The notes: a model not told the origin generated them from the letters alone. A stretch of DNA of 64,000 bases from Rebecca billardiae RCC1528 (GCA_965240325.2 OZ251233.1:1798001-1862000); one strand, 5' to 3'; shown: positions 12,643 to 24,776, counted from the stretch's first letter. A program made the numbers and translations.

Positions 12643-13455
12643 GCGTGAGCGTAGTGATGCTACGCCTCATCCTTCGGAGCCCGGCCGCACTCGCAGGGGG
12701 CACGGCGGACATACAGTACTCATCGTGATCTGGGCGGTGCGTTCGAGGGGGCGCTGGAGTAGAGCGCAGCTTCATTCACACTACTCGCTACGGCGCGGTC
12801 TGAACGTGAAGGCAGTGGGCCGTGCGGTCTGTGCAACGGCCGTGCGCGAGGTGGCACATGCCGCGCGTGCGCCCGCTCGGCGCGCTTGAGGCTGAGCAGT
12901 CGTGAATCGCGCGAGCAGACCGAGCACTCTGCAGTGGCAGCGGTCAGCCGTCAGGCTGCGTCACCATTCATCTGGCATTCACCAACTCATCACCACGCGG
13001 AGGACATCCAAAAATGAAGTCCCAATAAGCAAGAGACGACACGACTCACGAGCAGCAGCAGCGGCAACATTCTGGCGATCAACCGCGTACGACTACTGCC
13101 TCAGCGCCCTACTCAGCCTGTCCCGGACCCGAGACCGTGATTACCGGAACGTCAACGACAACGTGCGGAGTGTCCCGGACCCGTGTCCGATGAGCCTAGG
13201 TCTGAGTCATCTCAGTCTGCGCAGTCCGCCGCCACTACCGTTGATGAAGCAGATATGCCATATCACGCGCGCGCTTAAGAACGATATGATATATACACCA
13301 TTTGAAAAGTATAGTGTCCCGTACACGTGGCAGCGTGTATACAGTACGTACGTCCCCGCGTGTCCCGAGAACGAGCCCGCGTGGCGCGTCACGCGTCGCC
13401 GGGCAGCTTCGGCGAGTCGCCCGCACTCCGCAGAGTCCGCCGCATTCAAGTCGAG

Positions 13456-15616
13456 TCATCCCGCAATGTGCGGCGTTGCGCGCGTGAGCATCCACGCACC
13501 GTCGGTGCGCTCAGCTTCGGTGAAGGCGAGCGCACTGCCATCGCATGCCGCCGCCTCGACGCGCTCGCTGAACGCGCAGTTGAGCTGGTGAGAGCGCTCG
13601 GCTGCAAGCGCACGCACGCGGTACTCGCTGCACCGCGCCGTGTCGAGGGCGCGGCACAGCGTGTGCAGCGCGCACGGCAGCACGATGCCGGCCAGCTCGA
13701 CCATGCACACGCTCTCGGTCGCCGCGCCGGCTGTGCGCGGCCGGGCGTACTCGCCGGGCTGCCCGCCGCTCACCACGCGCTGCATCAGCGCGCCCTGCCT
13801 CTGCACGCGCAGCCGTCGGCACGTCGCGTTAAGGAAGGGCCTCGGCGCGTACAGCCGAGAGGCGGCCGCGCTCAGCGCCGAGGTTGAGGAGGTGAGCATG
13901 TCGAAGAGGGCGTGCACGTCCTCGGCGCCGCGGAAGGCGAGGGCGCCCGTGCTGCTCCCGCCGGCCACCGCGGCGCTCGGCCCGCGGCTGAGCGCGGGCA
14001 TCGCGCACGACGCCGCGTTGAGCGACTCCAGCTCAGCGGCGGCGTCGGGGTCCCCCACTTCGTCCGCAACCGACTGCGCGGCCGGCCGCCTGCCTCCGGC
14101 GCTCACGCCACCGGCCGGCGGCAGGCTGCGCGGGGGCACGTGGCGCGTGAAGGGCACGTCCGCCGCGCGCAAGGTCTCGCAGACCGACGCGCCCGGATTC
14201 GACATCACCGCGTACAGCCCGCCCTCCGCCTCCAGCTCAACCGGCGCGTCGAAGCAGCCCGGCGCGAGGCTGTGAGCGTCTGCACCGCAGCCGGCGCCCG
14301 CCTGTTCAGCGCCGCCGCACGCGGGCACGCCCGCGTTGCGCCAGAGGATGGTGTACTGCCCGCCACCGTTGCCGATGCCCATCTGCAGGTAGAAGTAGGG
14401 GCAGTGCCCGCGGAGTAGCAGGTAGTATGCCGAGCGCAGCGCCTCCACCCATTCTCCGTAGGTCGCGCTGGCCGCAGCGGCCGCTGCGCTCAACGCGCCG
14501 TCAGGGCCGCCCTCGGCGCCACCGCACGCGCCGCCGGATGCGCCGAGGCTCGAGGGCCGCGCTGCGGCGGCCGGCCCGGCCGCGCCCGAGGGTGGCGGCG
14601 CCGGCACGTACGCCCAGTACTGCAGCGCGCGCGCGAACAGCGCCTTCGCCACGTCCACGCCCGCGGCGGCAGCCGCCGGCCCGGGCGGCTGCTTTGGGGA
14701 CAGCGCGCCGCCTGAGGCGGAGCACAGCAGCGCCTCGCACTCGATGCCTGCCCTGAGCTGGGAGCACCATTCGAGCGAGTCGGGCGAGGACAGGCGGACG
14801 TGCTCCTTCAGCGACCAGTCCCATGGCAGCCGCTCGGCGCGCAGCCGCCCGCGCACGGCCGCGGTGCCGCTGCCCGCGCCCGTCCCGCGCGCAGCGGCAA
14901 ACCCAGCAGCCGCGCGCGCGGCGTGCCGGGAGTCCACCTGCATCAGCATACTGGCCGCGTGATCGGCCTGCGTGACGGGGGCGGGGCGCGCGAGGAGCGT
15001 GCCGTGGTTCGACAGCTCGTCTGCGAGCGCTGGGAAGCTCGTCTGTCGCCCGGCGGTGCCGCTGCCACCCGCGCCCTCCGCGCCGGCCGAGCGACCGCCC
15101 GCCAGCGCCGAGGGCAAGCTGCCGCCCAGGAACGCGCCTGCGCGGAGGAGCGACTGCGACCGTGGCGCGGAGCCGCCGTGGTCGCGGCTGGGAAGCGCCC
15201 CCCCACTGAGCGGCGACGGCTGGCTTCTGTGCGCGGGGACCAGTGTGAGCGGCGGAGAGTTGCGGATGCCACTTGAGAGCCTGCGCGCGAGGAGAACGCG
15301 CGTGCGCACGACGCGAGGCCTGAGCGCTGGGCGAAGAAGCGCGACGGCTCTGGCGAGGCGAGCGCAAGCGCACCTCCGATCATCCGATCGCTCCCTGCGC
15401 TTGGTCCCCCGCGACGCTTTGTGCTGGGCCTGCGCTCGAGCGCGCGCGCGCGCGCGCGCGCGTGCTCCGCGCGTCAGCACGTAACGCTGCATGCACGCAA
15501 TCCTCCGCCGCTCGCCCGCAGAGTGCTTGCGGGTGGAGGGGCGAGAGGACGCAAGATGCGCGCGCATCACGCACCGCCAGCTCGCTCGGCGTCGGCCCGC
15601 TTCGCATCTGGCTCAT
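13456..15616 (-). CDS. DONSON: DONSON (downstream neighbour of SON) replisome factor; exons 15616-15575, 15429-15374, 15280-13456 (640 aa)
   Basis: Family motifs LPWDWSLK..SPDSLEW, WVEALRSAYYLL..CPYFY, YAPRPFLNAT, VELAGIVLPCAL. The splice model keeps frame; the 5' exons are less certain. Confidence 0.85.
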
Positions 15617-17898
15617 TTCCGTGCGAGGATGCGCGCTCGAGCGCGCGCAGCTCGCCTCGCGTGCCGGTGGCCAGTGGGCGCCCAGCTTGCGGCGGGTGAG
15701 TTTGAGCCGTCGTCCGGATACTTGGGATAGTCAGCATCATTCGCAGGAGGTCGCAAAACGAGTGGCAACGGCCGAATGCCCGAAGCACTTTCAACTTTCC
15801 TCCTGACCACAGCTCCTGAGTTGAGAGTCCTGACGAGTCCGCGCGGGCGGCCCGGCGCACGCCTGCTGACGCCTTGCGGTTGGGGTCAAGGGTGGTCGCG
15901 GGTGGCGCGAAAGCGCGCTGCCCGCCGCACGCGTTCGTCTGCGGCGGCTGACATTGCCGTGGCGACCGCGCATCGCGGCCATCCTCTGAGGGCCCGCTCA
16001 AGGGACACCTGGCTCTGCAGAAATGTGCCGCCCGTCAGCCTCTCATTGTCTCCGCGTCGGCATTCCGGGCAAGCTCTGCACTCGAGTACTCGACTCAATC
16101 CTGCTCACCGCTCAGCTGAGCTCAGAGCTGAGGCGAGCGAGTGGCCGAGCCGGTAAGCGAGGCCCGGTGGCGGGAGCTCGGACAATACAGTGACAGACAA
16201 CCCAGCGAAGCCAGTCTGCCAGTGGGCAACCGCAGTTAGTTCACTCAGTGCCCGAGTGAATTCCGGGCCGGTCAGGATTATAGGCGGGAGGTATGGAGCG
16301 TTCGGTGGACTAGCTTACCTGCGGACTACTTGCTTCATTGCTCTTGAGCCGGGGAGTGGAACTAATTCAGAGCCCGCATTCCCCAGCGAAGTGCCGACGA
16401 CCATCTCGGCGTGACTGACACGCGCCCGGCACTCTCAGTGAGTCTCACACGCTCCGTGCCCGCGTGGGGCAGACCCGGCACGGACATGCTGCGACCGCTG
16501 GTGACCGCATTACCGGGACATGCGCGCACCATACTCCATTACTCGGAACATCCGCGGGCACTCTACTCATACTGTCAGGCCTGCGCCGCGGCTCGGACTG
16601 GACGACTGCATCACGGCCAGACCGCCTGAGTGACCGCACGTCGCACTGCCGCGTGTCGGACGGCGGTCGCACGACTACCGCGCAGTCAACATTGATCGTC
16701 AGACTCGCGGTGTGTTGGGTCAGACGGAATATTGACTGGTCTGCACCGTCGTCGCAAGGCATACCAAAGTAGAGGTAGTCGGCGACCTCCCTTGGGTCGC
16801 TCGGCAGCCGTCAATGTCGGGCGTCAACCGCGGGTTAGCGTCGCCGTACTGATGTTACGCCCTTGCTCGTGTGTCAATGATTGTATGCGGCTGATCCGGT
16901 GAAAGTCCCCTGGCTCATCACGGATTGTACAGCGCACCCTGGACGACGCCGCAGCGCCAGCCGCCGCCAGCCAGCCAGCTGGCTCGAGCAGCAAGTGCGT
17001 ACGCGACCGCCCGGGGGAGCACGGGGCAGGCTCGACCAGCTGCTACAAGCGGCTGAGACTGCCAGCTGACATCCGGACCTGCACTTTCGCCCTCGCTCGG
17101 GGCACAGCAGGTCCATGCGAGCCGCGCAGCGCGGGTGGATCGCGCTTCAGCAGCTCAAGGCCGCGCTCAAGCTTTACGATCGCGGTGCAGGCTATGCTCT
17201 GCCACCCAACGCCGACTTCGTGTCGACGATCGGGCACTGCCGCCAATCATATATATATATATATATGGGTTGGCGCTGCGCGTCAACTTGGGCTGGAAAC
17301 CTGTTTCTGAAACGCATGATGGCACGCCGGGCCGGTAGCCCGAGCTCGGAATTCCGACGCTGCCAACGGCGCCACAGGGGCGCAGCGGCGGGGCTGACGA
17401 CGCGCGCGCGTGTGCACGTCTGACCACGGAGTGCGCGCTGCAATGACTGACCCGTCCGCAGCACCACGCCCCGCGCTGTGAGTGAGAGTGTGGCCCGCGC
17501 CCAAGCGAGAACGCGGGCCGGGCGGCACTCCGCCGACCTCGCTGGCCGCCGACCAGCCCGCGGCCGCCTGCTGCAGCTCGTGGAACACGCAGTCGCGCGC
17601 TCGCGCGTGGAGGGCGGACCTGCGCGTATGCGCCCGCCGGGCTTGCCGCTTCATCCGCTGGCACCGCAGTGCAGGTCGAGCCGTCCGCCGCCCACCGAGC
17701 CGGCGCCACGCCTCGCGTTCGTGCTCGAGCTGAGGCGGCGGCGTGTCGCCCGAGCCGGCGAGGTCGCGCGCGTGCGCGTGGTGGGCAGCCTCGCGCGTGC
17801 GCCCGCCGCGCGCCCCGCGTCTCTCGCTTGGCGCCGCACGCGAGCCGCTCGTCGCGCGACCGAACGAGACGTCAATCGCAAGGGCGACCCTTGGAATA

Positions 17899-18810
17899 GT
17901 CCCCCTCGGGGCGCCAGTCCGGCTCAAAAGCGTTGCCGCGGCTCGCGAGATGGCTGCCCATCGCTCCCAGCGTGGGCCATCTCTCGCACAACGAGGGAGC
18001 GCCCACGCGGACACCACGGGCGCGACGGCGCGTGTGGCGTTGCGGGTTGTGTGACATGTACGTGCTTGAGGTATCTACGCACATTGGCGCCTGTAATCTA
18101 CCTCCATTGTCGCTTGGCTTGTGCAAGCGACCGCTGCTGTGATCTTTGATCGTACGCCTGCCCGCGCGGGCGCCCTGCTCGGATTCTTACCCTGCGCTCC
18201 TGGATGAGTGAACGCGAGCAGTGCACGTAGCCTTCGGAGGGAGGCTGCCAGCGCGTGCGCGAGCTCTCGAGCCCATCCGATCCTTGCAGACACCCCCAGG
18301 AAGAGCTCCAGAGCCATACACCACAGAAGCTGCAGAAAAATCCCAATTCAAAAAGCAATCACCGTCATGCCTGGTATACTACCACAGGAGCGGAGACGCT
18401 GGCCCTGGAGCGGCGAGCGAAACTACATGCGAGCTGCGAGCGCTGACGGCATTCCATGAACGATGCGCAAACATCCACCACCCACAACTCCGGCCTCCCC
18501 CGGCGTTATGCACTTGTCTTTGCCCGTGCACGGTCGGCGTGCACGTCGATCACAGGCCATGCGGAAGCAGGGACAACAGGAGCTGGAGAGAGGTGGATAC
18601 GAGTCGCCCAGCGATGTCAAGGCCTGAAGAAGAGTCATCTACGACCATCAAACCCCCGCGCCCTGCCGTGCCCGCCCTTTCATGCCTCCCATACCTCGGC
18701 CCTTGTGCGTCGTGCCGCACTGGCACGCAGCGGGTCGCCATCACGAACCAAAAGCCTTGCGGCAACGCTTTTGCCTCAACTGCCGGCAGCCATCGTGCCC
18801 CGAGGGGGAC
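17899..18810. mobile_element. TA-flanked MITE-like element
   Basis: TIR GTCCCCCTCGGGGC at both ends, an inverted subterminal AAAAGCGTTGCCGC, and TA on both sides. Confidence 0.7.
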
Positions 18811-20525
18811 TATGGCGTGGGCAAGGGAGGTCCGGGCCGGGAGCTCCCAGCGAGCGGCCAGCGCGACATCACTCCGAAGTTTTCCCTGAGCGCCGGGCGG
18901 CAGCGGCGGCGAGGGCGGTGCTCCGCTGGCGGGGCGCGCACGGGGCACGGCGCAGCGGGCGCGGATGTGCCCGCAGAGCCGGCGCGTGCGGACGGGCTGT
19001 TGCGGGAGAGAGAGAAAGTGACGGATCGTGTGAATGTGAAGTGTGAACTCGCGACGATGCGATTCGCGCGAATGTGAGTACGCAAAGCGCCGAACGACGA
19101 GCGGCTTTTGACCGAACGACGAGCGGCTTTTGTCCTATCGAGCGCGTAAGTGGGTACGCGAATTGCGCTTATGTGACCGACCGACAAACAGACGGGTGAG
19201 CCGGGCGTCAAATAAAGGGGTGCGACGGGCTGGTCCCCAGCGTGAAGTCGTGCCTTTGTTCTCGTGGGTTTCCAGAATATAAACAGCGGGGGCCTTGCGG
19301 CCTTGTCCCGGTGGGGCTGGTCGAACACAGCGCGTGTAGGACGCGACGGAGAAGCTTCCCAGGGCCGGCAGACCCGACGACGATGGGACGAGTTGGCCGT
19401 TCAGCGCTGACTGACGGTATCATCCGGTGGCGCGCCGCAGTCGCGCGTGCGATTAAGCCACTGGGCGCGGCAGCGCGGCACTTCTGCAAGGCCCACCGAG
19501 GCGCATGGCGAGGCGCGCGTCGATGCGGTCGTCGCTGCGCACGGCCGCTCGGGCACGACGGCACGGCAACGGCACGCACCGCGGATGGCCCACCGGCTGT
19601 AGGCGCGGGGCGAGCGGCGCCAGGCCGGCAGGGCACAACCGACTGCAGGGCGTAGACCGTCCTGCTAAGCCGTCGCTGAGCACGGCCCGTCGGGCACGAC
19701 GTGGTACGAGCGGCTCGCGTCGGTGTGCATGTTGTGTTGTGCAGCTACGCCGGTCCGCGATGGCGCCGCGAGCCGCGGGCGGCGCGGGTGACGGCTCGAA
19801 GGCCGCACCTGTTGATGACGAGCCAGGGCGAGTAGTAGTAGTCGGGCAAGTCGGCGAGCGGGTGGCTTATGGTAGGCTTGTGGTACGAGCTTCTCCATGA
19901 GGCCGTTCGTGCACGTCATCTGATGCGGTCGCGGCTGCTTGATCGCCGCCACGTGCCGCTGGATCTCCGCCAGATCGGCGCAGTTCCTCGCGACGCCGAC
20001 GTGATGGCATCCAGCGCTGGGTTCGGCGGAGCGGCCCGCAGAGCTGTTCCTCGGTCGCGCACGTGTGTACTGTGTGCGAGTCGAGCCACGCCGGCTGAGC
20101 GCCATTCTGCGTGTCGCGCGCGGCCTTCGCCTCCTGGAGCGGCGCGCTCGTTCGTCATACTCAATCGTGTGTGCCGAGCGCACGCGGCGCGGCGGCGAAA
20201 GCACACGTGCGTCGCGGTTCCTCGACTTGGGGAGCGGGACCAAGGACCCCAGTTTCTCCCGGGTAACAATTCCTCTAACTATTACTCACCCCCGTCGCGC
20301 CCGTGAAAAGTGTTACAGGCCGAGCGTAGCAGTAACATGTAACACTCTCACGCCGGACTCACCCGGACTGCGGGTGTCTGACCGAGCCACGCCGCCTGAC
20401 TAAACCCTGGCTGAGCACACTGTCAGCCATCACTTTCACTTGAGACCGTCCGGGTCTCGGATTCTCGCGGCCCGTTGCCGGCCAGTCCGGGTCCGGGTCC
20501 GGGGCCGGGCGGGTGGCGCTGGGCC

Positions 20526-20956
20526 CCGGGAGGAGGCCCCCTGTAACAGCTGTAACACCGTAACACGTAACAAGTCCGGCGCGGCGAGTCCGGGAGCCGA
20601 CCGGTCCAGGTCCGGGGCGGGCGGGCCGCCAGGCCCGGGCCCGGGAGGAGGCCCCCTGTTACAGCTGTAACACCGTAACACGTAACACAATGGCGCCGCT
20701 CGGCCATGGCCCGTCGTCGGCCCGGTGAAAAAATGGCGGCGGGGCGCGCGGCGCGCAGCGTCGCGCTCGGTGCGCTCGGCGGGGCTCGAGGAACGACTGC
20801 GGACGGGCGAGCGCGCACGGGCGCGAGCACGAGTCGCGTCGCCCGCGCCCCTCCCCGAGCGACCTGCCGCCGCGTCTCGCGACGATGGCGCAGTGGCCGC
20901 TCGTCCGTGGCCGCGTGAAAAAATGGCGGCGGGGCGCGCGGCGCGCAGCGTCGCGC
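20526..20956. repeat. Left inverted-repeat arm of the primase cassette, including two inverted TGTTAC-array units
   Basis: Near-perfect reverse complement of 22439-22878. Confidence 0.95.
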
Positions 20957-22176
20957 GCCCAGGCGAGGCGTGCACGCACGAGGTTGTGTTCCTGGCAAGT
21001 GGCTCGCAGCGTACGTTCGGCGGCCGGCTGCACGTGCCGAGCAGCCGCCTGCGCGAGCTCGATGCACTCGTGGCCGCGCAGCACTTGGTGCACGGCGCGC
21101 GCGCGCCCATGGTAGTCGAGGCGCTCGGCGCGCGCGCGCGCTTCGTCGTCGATGTGGACTGCGCCTTCAGCACCGCGCCCTCCCCCTCGGACGTGGCCGC
21201 ACTGCTCGTCGGCCTCCACCGCGTCGCGGAGGAGCATCTGCCCGTGCCCGTTCCCGTGGCTGGGCGCGTCGTGTACGTCTCGGCGCGCGCGCCCAGCCCC
21301 GCGACCGCCGCCGGCTCGGCGCCGGGCGTGCGCCGAGCCGGGATTCACGCGACATGGAGCGACTCGGCCATCGTCTCGGCCGCTGAGGCGGCGCGCATCG
21401 CGCGCGTCCTGCACGACTGGGCGCGCTCGCAGCCGCGGCCGCCGTGCTGGCACAAGCTCGAGATCGACTGCAGCATCTACGGGGCGGGCCTGCGCCTGCC
21501 GTTCACGGCCAAGTCGGACGGCGGCCCGCCCTACCTGCCGGCAGCCGTCGTCGCCGCCGACGAGCACGGCGCCGTGCGCTGCGCGTGGCTCGACGCGCTG
21601 CCTGCGCAGCACGCGCTGCGGCGGCTCGCGGCGGATGGCGCGCGCTGGCTCTCTCGCGCGCGGCTGCGCACCGAGCTGGTCGAGTGGAGCGCGCCGCCGC
21701 CCGCGCCCGGCCGACCGGCTGTGCCGGCGACGAGCGCCGCCGGTCGCGATGCGGCGGCCGGCGCGCGGCGCGCGGCGCTGGTCGGCTGGCTCAACGAGCA
21801 GCTGCACGCGCACGCACGAGTCTCTGGCTCGGCCGAGCGCTGGCCGCGCATCGTGCAGGTGTTTGCTGGGAGCACGGCGCACGGCCCGGTCGCGACGTGC
21901 TCGACCGCCAGCAGGTGGTGCGAGTGCAAGGGCGCCGAGCACGCGCGACGCACCGTCTTCTACTTCGCCAAGTCCGACGGCCTCGACCTGTGCTGCGCCG
22001 ACGAGGCGTGCGTGGCAGCGCGCGGCGCCGGGCGCGCGCGCGCCGTCTGCCTGCGCAGCATGCTCTTCTGCGCGGGCGGCGGCCGCGCGGGCGCGCCGCC
22101 ACGCAGCGCCGAGTTTGCCTCGCGCTTCCACGCCGCGTTCGCCAGCGGCCGTGCCGCGATGGGCCCGGCGCGTTGA
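20923..22176 (+). CDS. NCLDV/herpesvirus-clade AEP primase-polymerase (PrimPol-like) with UL52-type Zn finger, 417 aa, intronless
   Basis: GGRLHVP, MVVE, motif I RFVVDVD, motif II GIHATW, motif III IDCSIY, LRLPFTAK; C-terminal C-x6-H-x17-C-x4-C (WCECKGAEH...CADEAC). ATG in AAAAAATGGCG context. Confidence 0.82.
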   Translation: MAAGRAARSVARPGEACTHEVVFLASGSQRTFGGRLHVPSSRLRELDALVAAQHLVHGARAPMVVEALGARARFVVDVDCAFSTAPSPSDVAALLVGLHRVAEEHLPVPVPVAGRVVYVSARAPSPATAAGSAPGVRRAGIHATWSDSAIVSAAEAARIARVLHDWARSQPRPPCWHKLEIDCSIYGAGLRLPFTAKSDGGPPYLPAAVVAADEHGAVRCAWLDALPAQHALRRLAADGARWLSRARLRTELVEWSAPPPAPGRPAVPATSAAGRDAAAGARRAALVGWLNEQLHAHARVSGSAERWPRIVQVFAGSTAHGPVATCSTASRWCECKGAEHARRTVFYFAKSDGLDLCCADEACVAARGAGRARAVCLRSMLFCAGGGRAGAPPRSAEFASRFHAAFASGRAAMGPAR

Positions 22177-22211
22177 CGACGCGGCGGCCGTGCAGCGCGC
22201 ATGCGCCCGCA

Positions 22212-22264
22212 CGCCGCCGCCGTCGCCGCCGCCGCCGCCCCGCCGCCGCCGCCGCCGCCGCCGC
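22212..22264. repeat. (CCG)n microsatellite
   Basis: Seen directly, just downstream of the primase stop codon. Confidence 0.9.
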
Positions 22265-22438
22265 GCCCACCTCGCGCCGTCGGCCGACGGGCTCAGCAAA
22301 CGAGGCGGCGTGCAAACAAGGACTCGGCGCTCGCGCCGGGGTCGGTGCAGCGCGACGCCACGCGAACCGCCGCGGTGCTCGCGCCCGTGCGCGCTCGCCC
22401 GTCCGCGTGCGCTCCTCGAGCCCCGCCGAGCGCACCGA

Positions 22439-22878
22439 GCGCGACGCTGCGCGCCGCGCGCCCCGCCGCCATTTTTTCACGCGGCCACGGACGAGCGGCC
22501 ACTGCGCCATCGTCGCGAGACGCGGCGGCAGGTCGCTCGGGGAGGGGCGCGGGCGACGCGACTCGTGCTCGCGCCCGTGCGCGCTCGCCCGTCCGCGGGC
22601 GTTCCTCGAGCCCCGCCGAGCGCACCGAGCGCGACGCTGCGCGCCGCGCGCCCCGCCGCCATTTTTTCACCGGGCCGACGACGGGCCATGGCCGAGCGGC
22701 GCCATTGTGTTACGTGTTACGGTGTTACAGCTGTAACAGGGGGCCTCCTCCCGGGCCCGGGCCTGGCGGCCCGCCCGCCCCGGACCTGGACCGGTCGGCT
22801 CCCGGACTCGCCGCGCCGGACTTGTTTGAGTTGTTACGTGTTACGGTGTTACAGCTGTTACAGGGGGCCTCCTCCCGG
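22439..22878. repeat. Right inverted-repeat arm of the primase cassette
   Basis: Reverse complement of 20526-20956 with one ~9-nt insertion. A ~105-bp block is duplicated at 22376-22480 and 22565-22670. Confidence 0.95.
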
Positions 22879-24205
22879 GCCCGGCGGCCCGCCCGCCCCG
22901 GCCCCGGACCGGCCGGCTCCCGGACTCGCCGCGCCGGACCGTGTTACGTGTTACGGTGTTACAGCTGTAACACTAACAGGGCCAGGGGGCCTCCTCCCGG
23001 GCCCGGCGGCCCGCCCGCCCCGGACCTGGACCGGTCGGCTCCCGGACTCGCCGCGCCGGACTTGTTACGTGTTACGGTGTTATTACAGCTGTTACAGGGG
23101 GCCTGTCCTCCCGGGCCCGCGGGCGGCCCGCCCGCCCCGGCCCCGGACCGGCCGGCTCCCGGACTCGCCGCGCCGGACTTGTTAGTGACGACATTGTTAC
23201 GTGTTACGGTGTTACAGCTGTTATACTTACACGGGGGGCCGCTCCTCCCGCGGGCCCGCGGCGCGGCCGGCCCGCCGGCAGCCCCGGACTCGGACGAGCC
23301 GGACTTGTTACGTGTTACGGCGTTGTTACAGCTGTTACAGGGGGCCTCCTCCGCCGGGCCGCGAGGCCCGGGCCCGCCGGCAGCCCCGGACCCGGACGCG
23401 CCGGACTCTTGTTACGTGTTACGGTGTTATTACAGCTGTTACATTTATTTAACACGGGGCCTCCTCCCGGGCCCGGCGCGGCCGGCCCGCCGGCAGCCCC
23501 GGACTCCGGGACGAGCCGGACTTGTTACGTGTTACGGTGTTACTTACAGCTGTTACAGGGGGCGGCCTCTAACCTCCCGGGCCGCGAGGCCCGGGCCCGC
23601 CGGCAGCCCCGGACCCGGACGCGCCGGACTTGTTACGTGTTACGGTGTTACAGCTGTTAATTATAAAGTGACAGGGGGCCTCCTCCCGGGCCCGGCGCGG
23701 CCGGCCCGCCGGCAGCCCCGGACTCCGGGACGAGCCGGACTTGTTACGTGTTACGGTGTTACAGCTGTTACAGGGGGCCTCCTCCCGGGCCGCGAGGCCC
23801 GGGCCCGCCGGCAGCCCCGGACCCGGACGCGCCGGACTTGTTACGTGTTACGGTGTTACAGCTGTTACAGGGGGCCTCCTCCCGGGCCCGGCGCGGCCGG
23901 CCCGCCGGCAGCCCCGGACTCCGGGACGAGCCGGACTTGTTACGTGTTACGGTGTTACAGCTGTTACAGGGGGCCTCCTCCCGGGCCGCGAGGCCCGGGC
24001 CCGCCGGCAGCCCCGGACCCGGACGCGCCGGACTTGTTACGTGTTACGGTGTTACAGCTGTTACAGGGGGCCTCCTCCCGGGCCCGGCGCGGCCGGCCCG
24101 CCGGCAGCCCCGGACTCCGGGACGAGCCGGACTTGTTACGTGTTACGGTGTTACAGCTGTTACAGGGGGCCTCCTCCCGGGCCGCGAGGCCCGGGCCCGC
24201 CGGCC
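22707..24205 (+). repeat. Tandem array of 14 units (97-132 bp) with core GTTACGTGTTACGGTGTTACAGCTGTTACAGGGGGCCTCCTCCCGGG
   Basis: Cores start at about 22709, 22833, 22943, 23064, 23196, 23307, 23411, 23524, 23632, 23743, 23840, 23939, 24036 and 24135; linkers alternate between types. Confidence 0.97.
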
Positions 24206-24727
24206 CAGGAGTGCCGCCGCGGACCGACCGCGCCGCTGACTTAGGACGCCGACGGCGTCACGGCGGCGATGCGGCGCGCCGCCGCGCGGCCGCCGCCGCG
24301 CGCGCGCGCCTGACGCGCGCGCTGTCGAGCCGCAGTCCCTCGCGTGCCTGCGCGGGCGGGTGACCGGGGTGTTACCATCGCTACGGCCGACAGGGCCAAA
24401 AATCCCTATAGAAAACATTTCCCCTATGAAGGTAATATGGGTAGCAGAAACTCGGGTCCATACCCGGGAGCGGATGGTCGTAGAAAAGCGTCAACAAATA
24501 GGTGGGAATCGCAACGACATCCCTATGGCGCGCGCTCAAAAAGGTAACGACATGCGTTCTCGATCCCCGAGGCGTGCCTAATCAAAAAACGTTTGCGGCC
24601 CCATTGTTCGTATTCCTACTCCGGTATTACTTGGGACAGCAGTACGTCACACCAATTAAAGGGGGTCGGAGCTGGGTAATCCCAGGGCTTTGTCACGAAT
24701 TAAAATTGTTTAAAGCTGTGTTCACCA

Positions 24728-24772
<45 letters not shown>

Positions 24773-24776
<4 letters not shown>

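Larger units (their letters stand above)
8935..12645. repeat. Left arm of ~3.7 kb inverted segmental duplication (partner 52241-55945)
   Basis: Near-identical reverse-complement match across ureG exon 1, the promoter, and urease exons and introns. Confidence 0.95.
19281..24730 (+). mobile_element. Large repeat element (copy L) enclosing the primase cassette
   Basis: Head 19281-19660 matches the reverse complement of 26130-26492; tail 24502-24730 matches the reverse complement of 25284-25564. The tail abuts (TA)n. Confidence 0.65.

Noticed and set aside
22707-24205. CRISPR-like repeat-spacer array
   Set aside because: The linkers are themselves repeated in alternation rather than unique, no cas genes are present, and the context is eukaryotic.
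21152-24363. Long ORFs through the inverted repeat and array (677 and 720 aa)
   Set aside because: Stop-poor GC-rich repeats; unit indels do not preserve frame.
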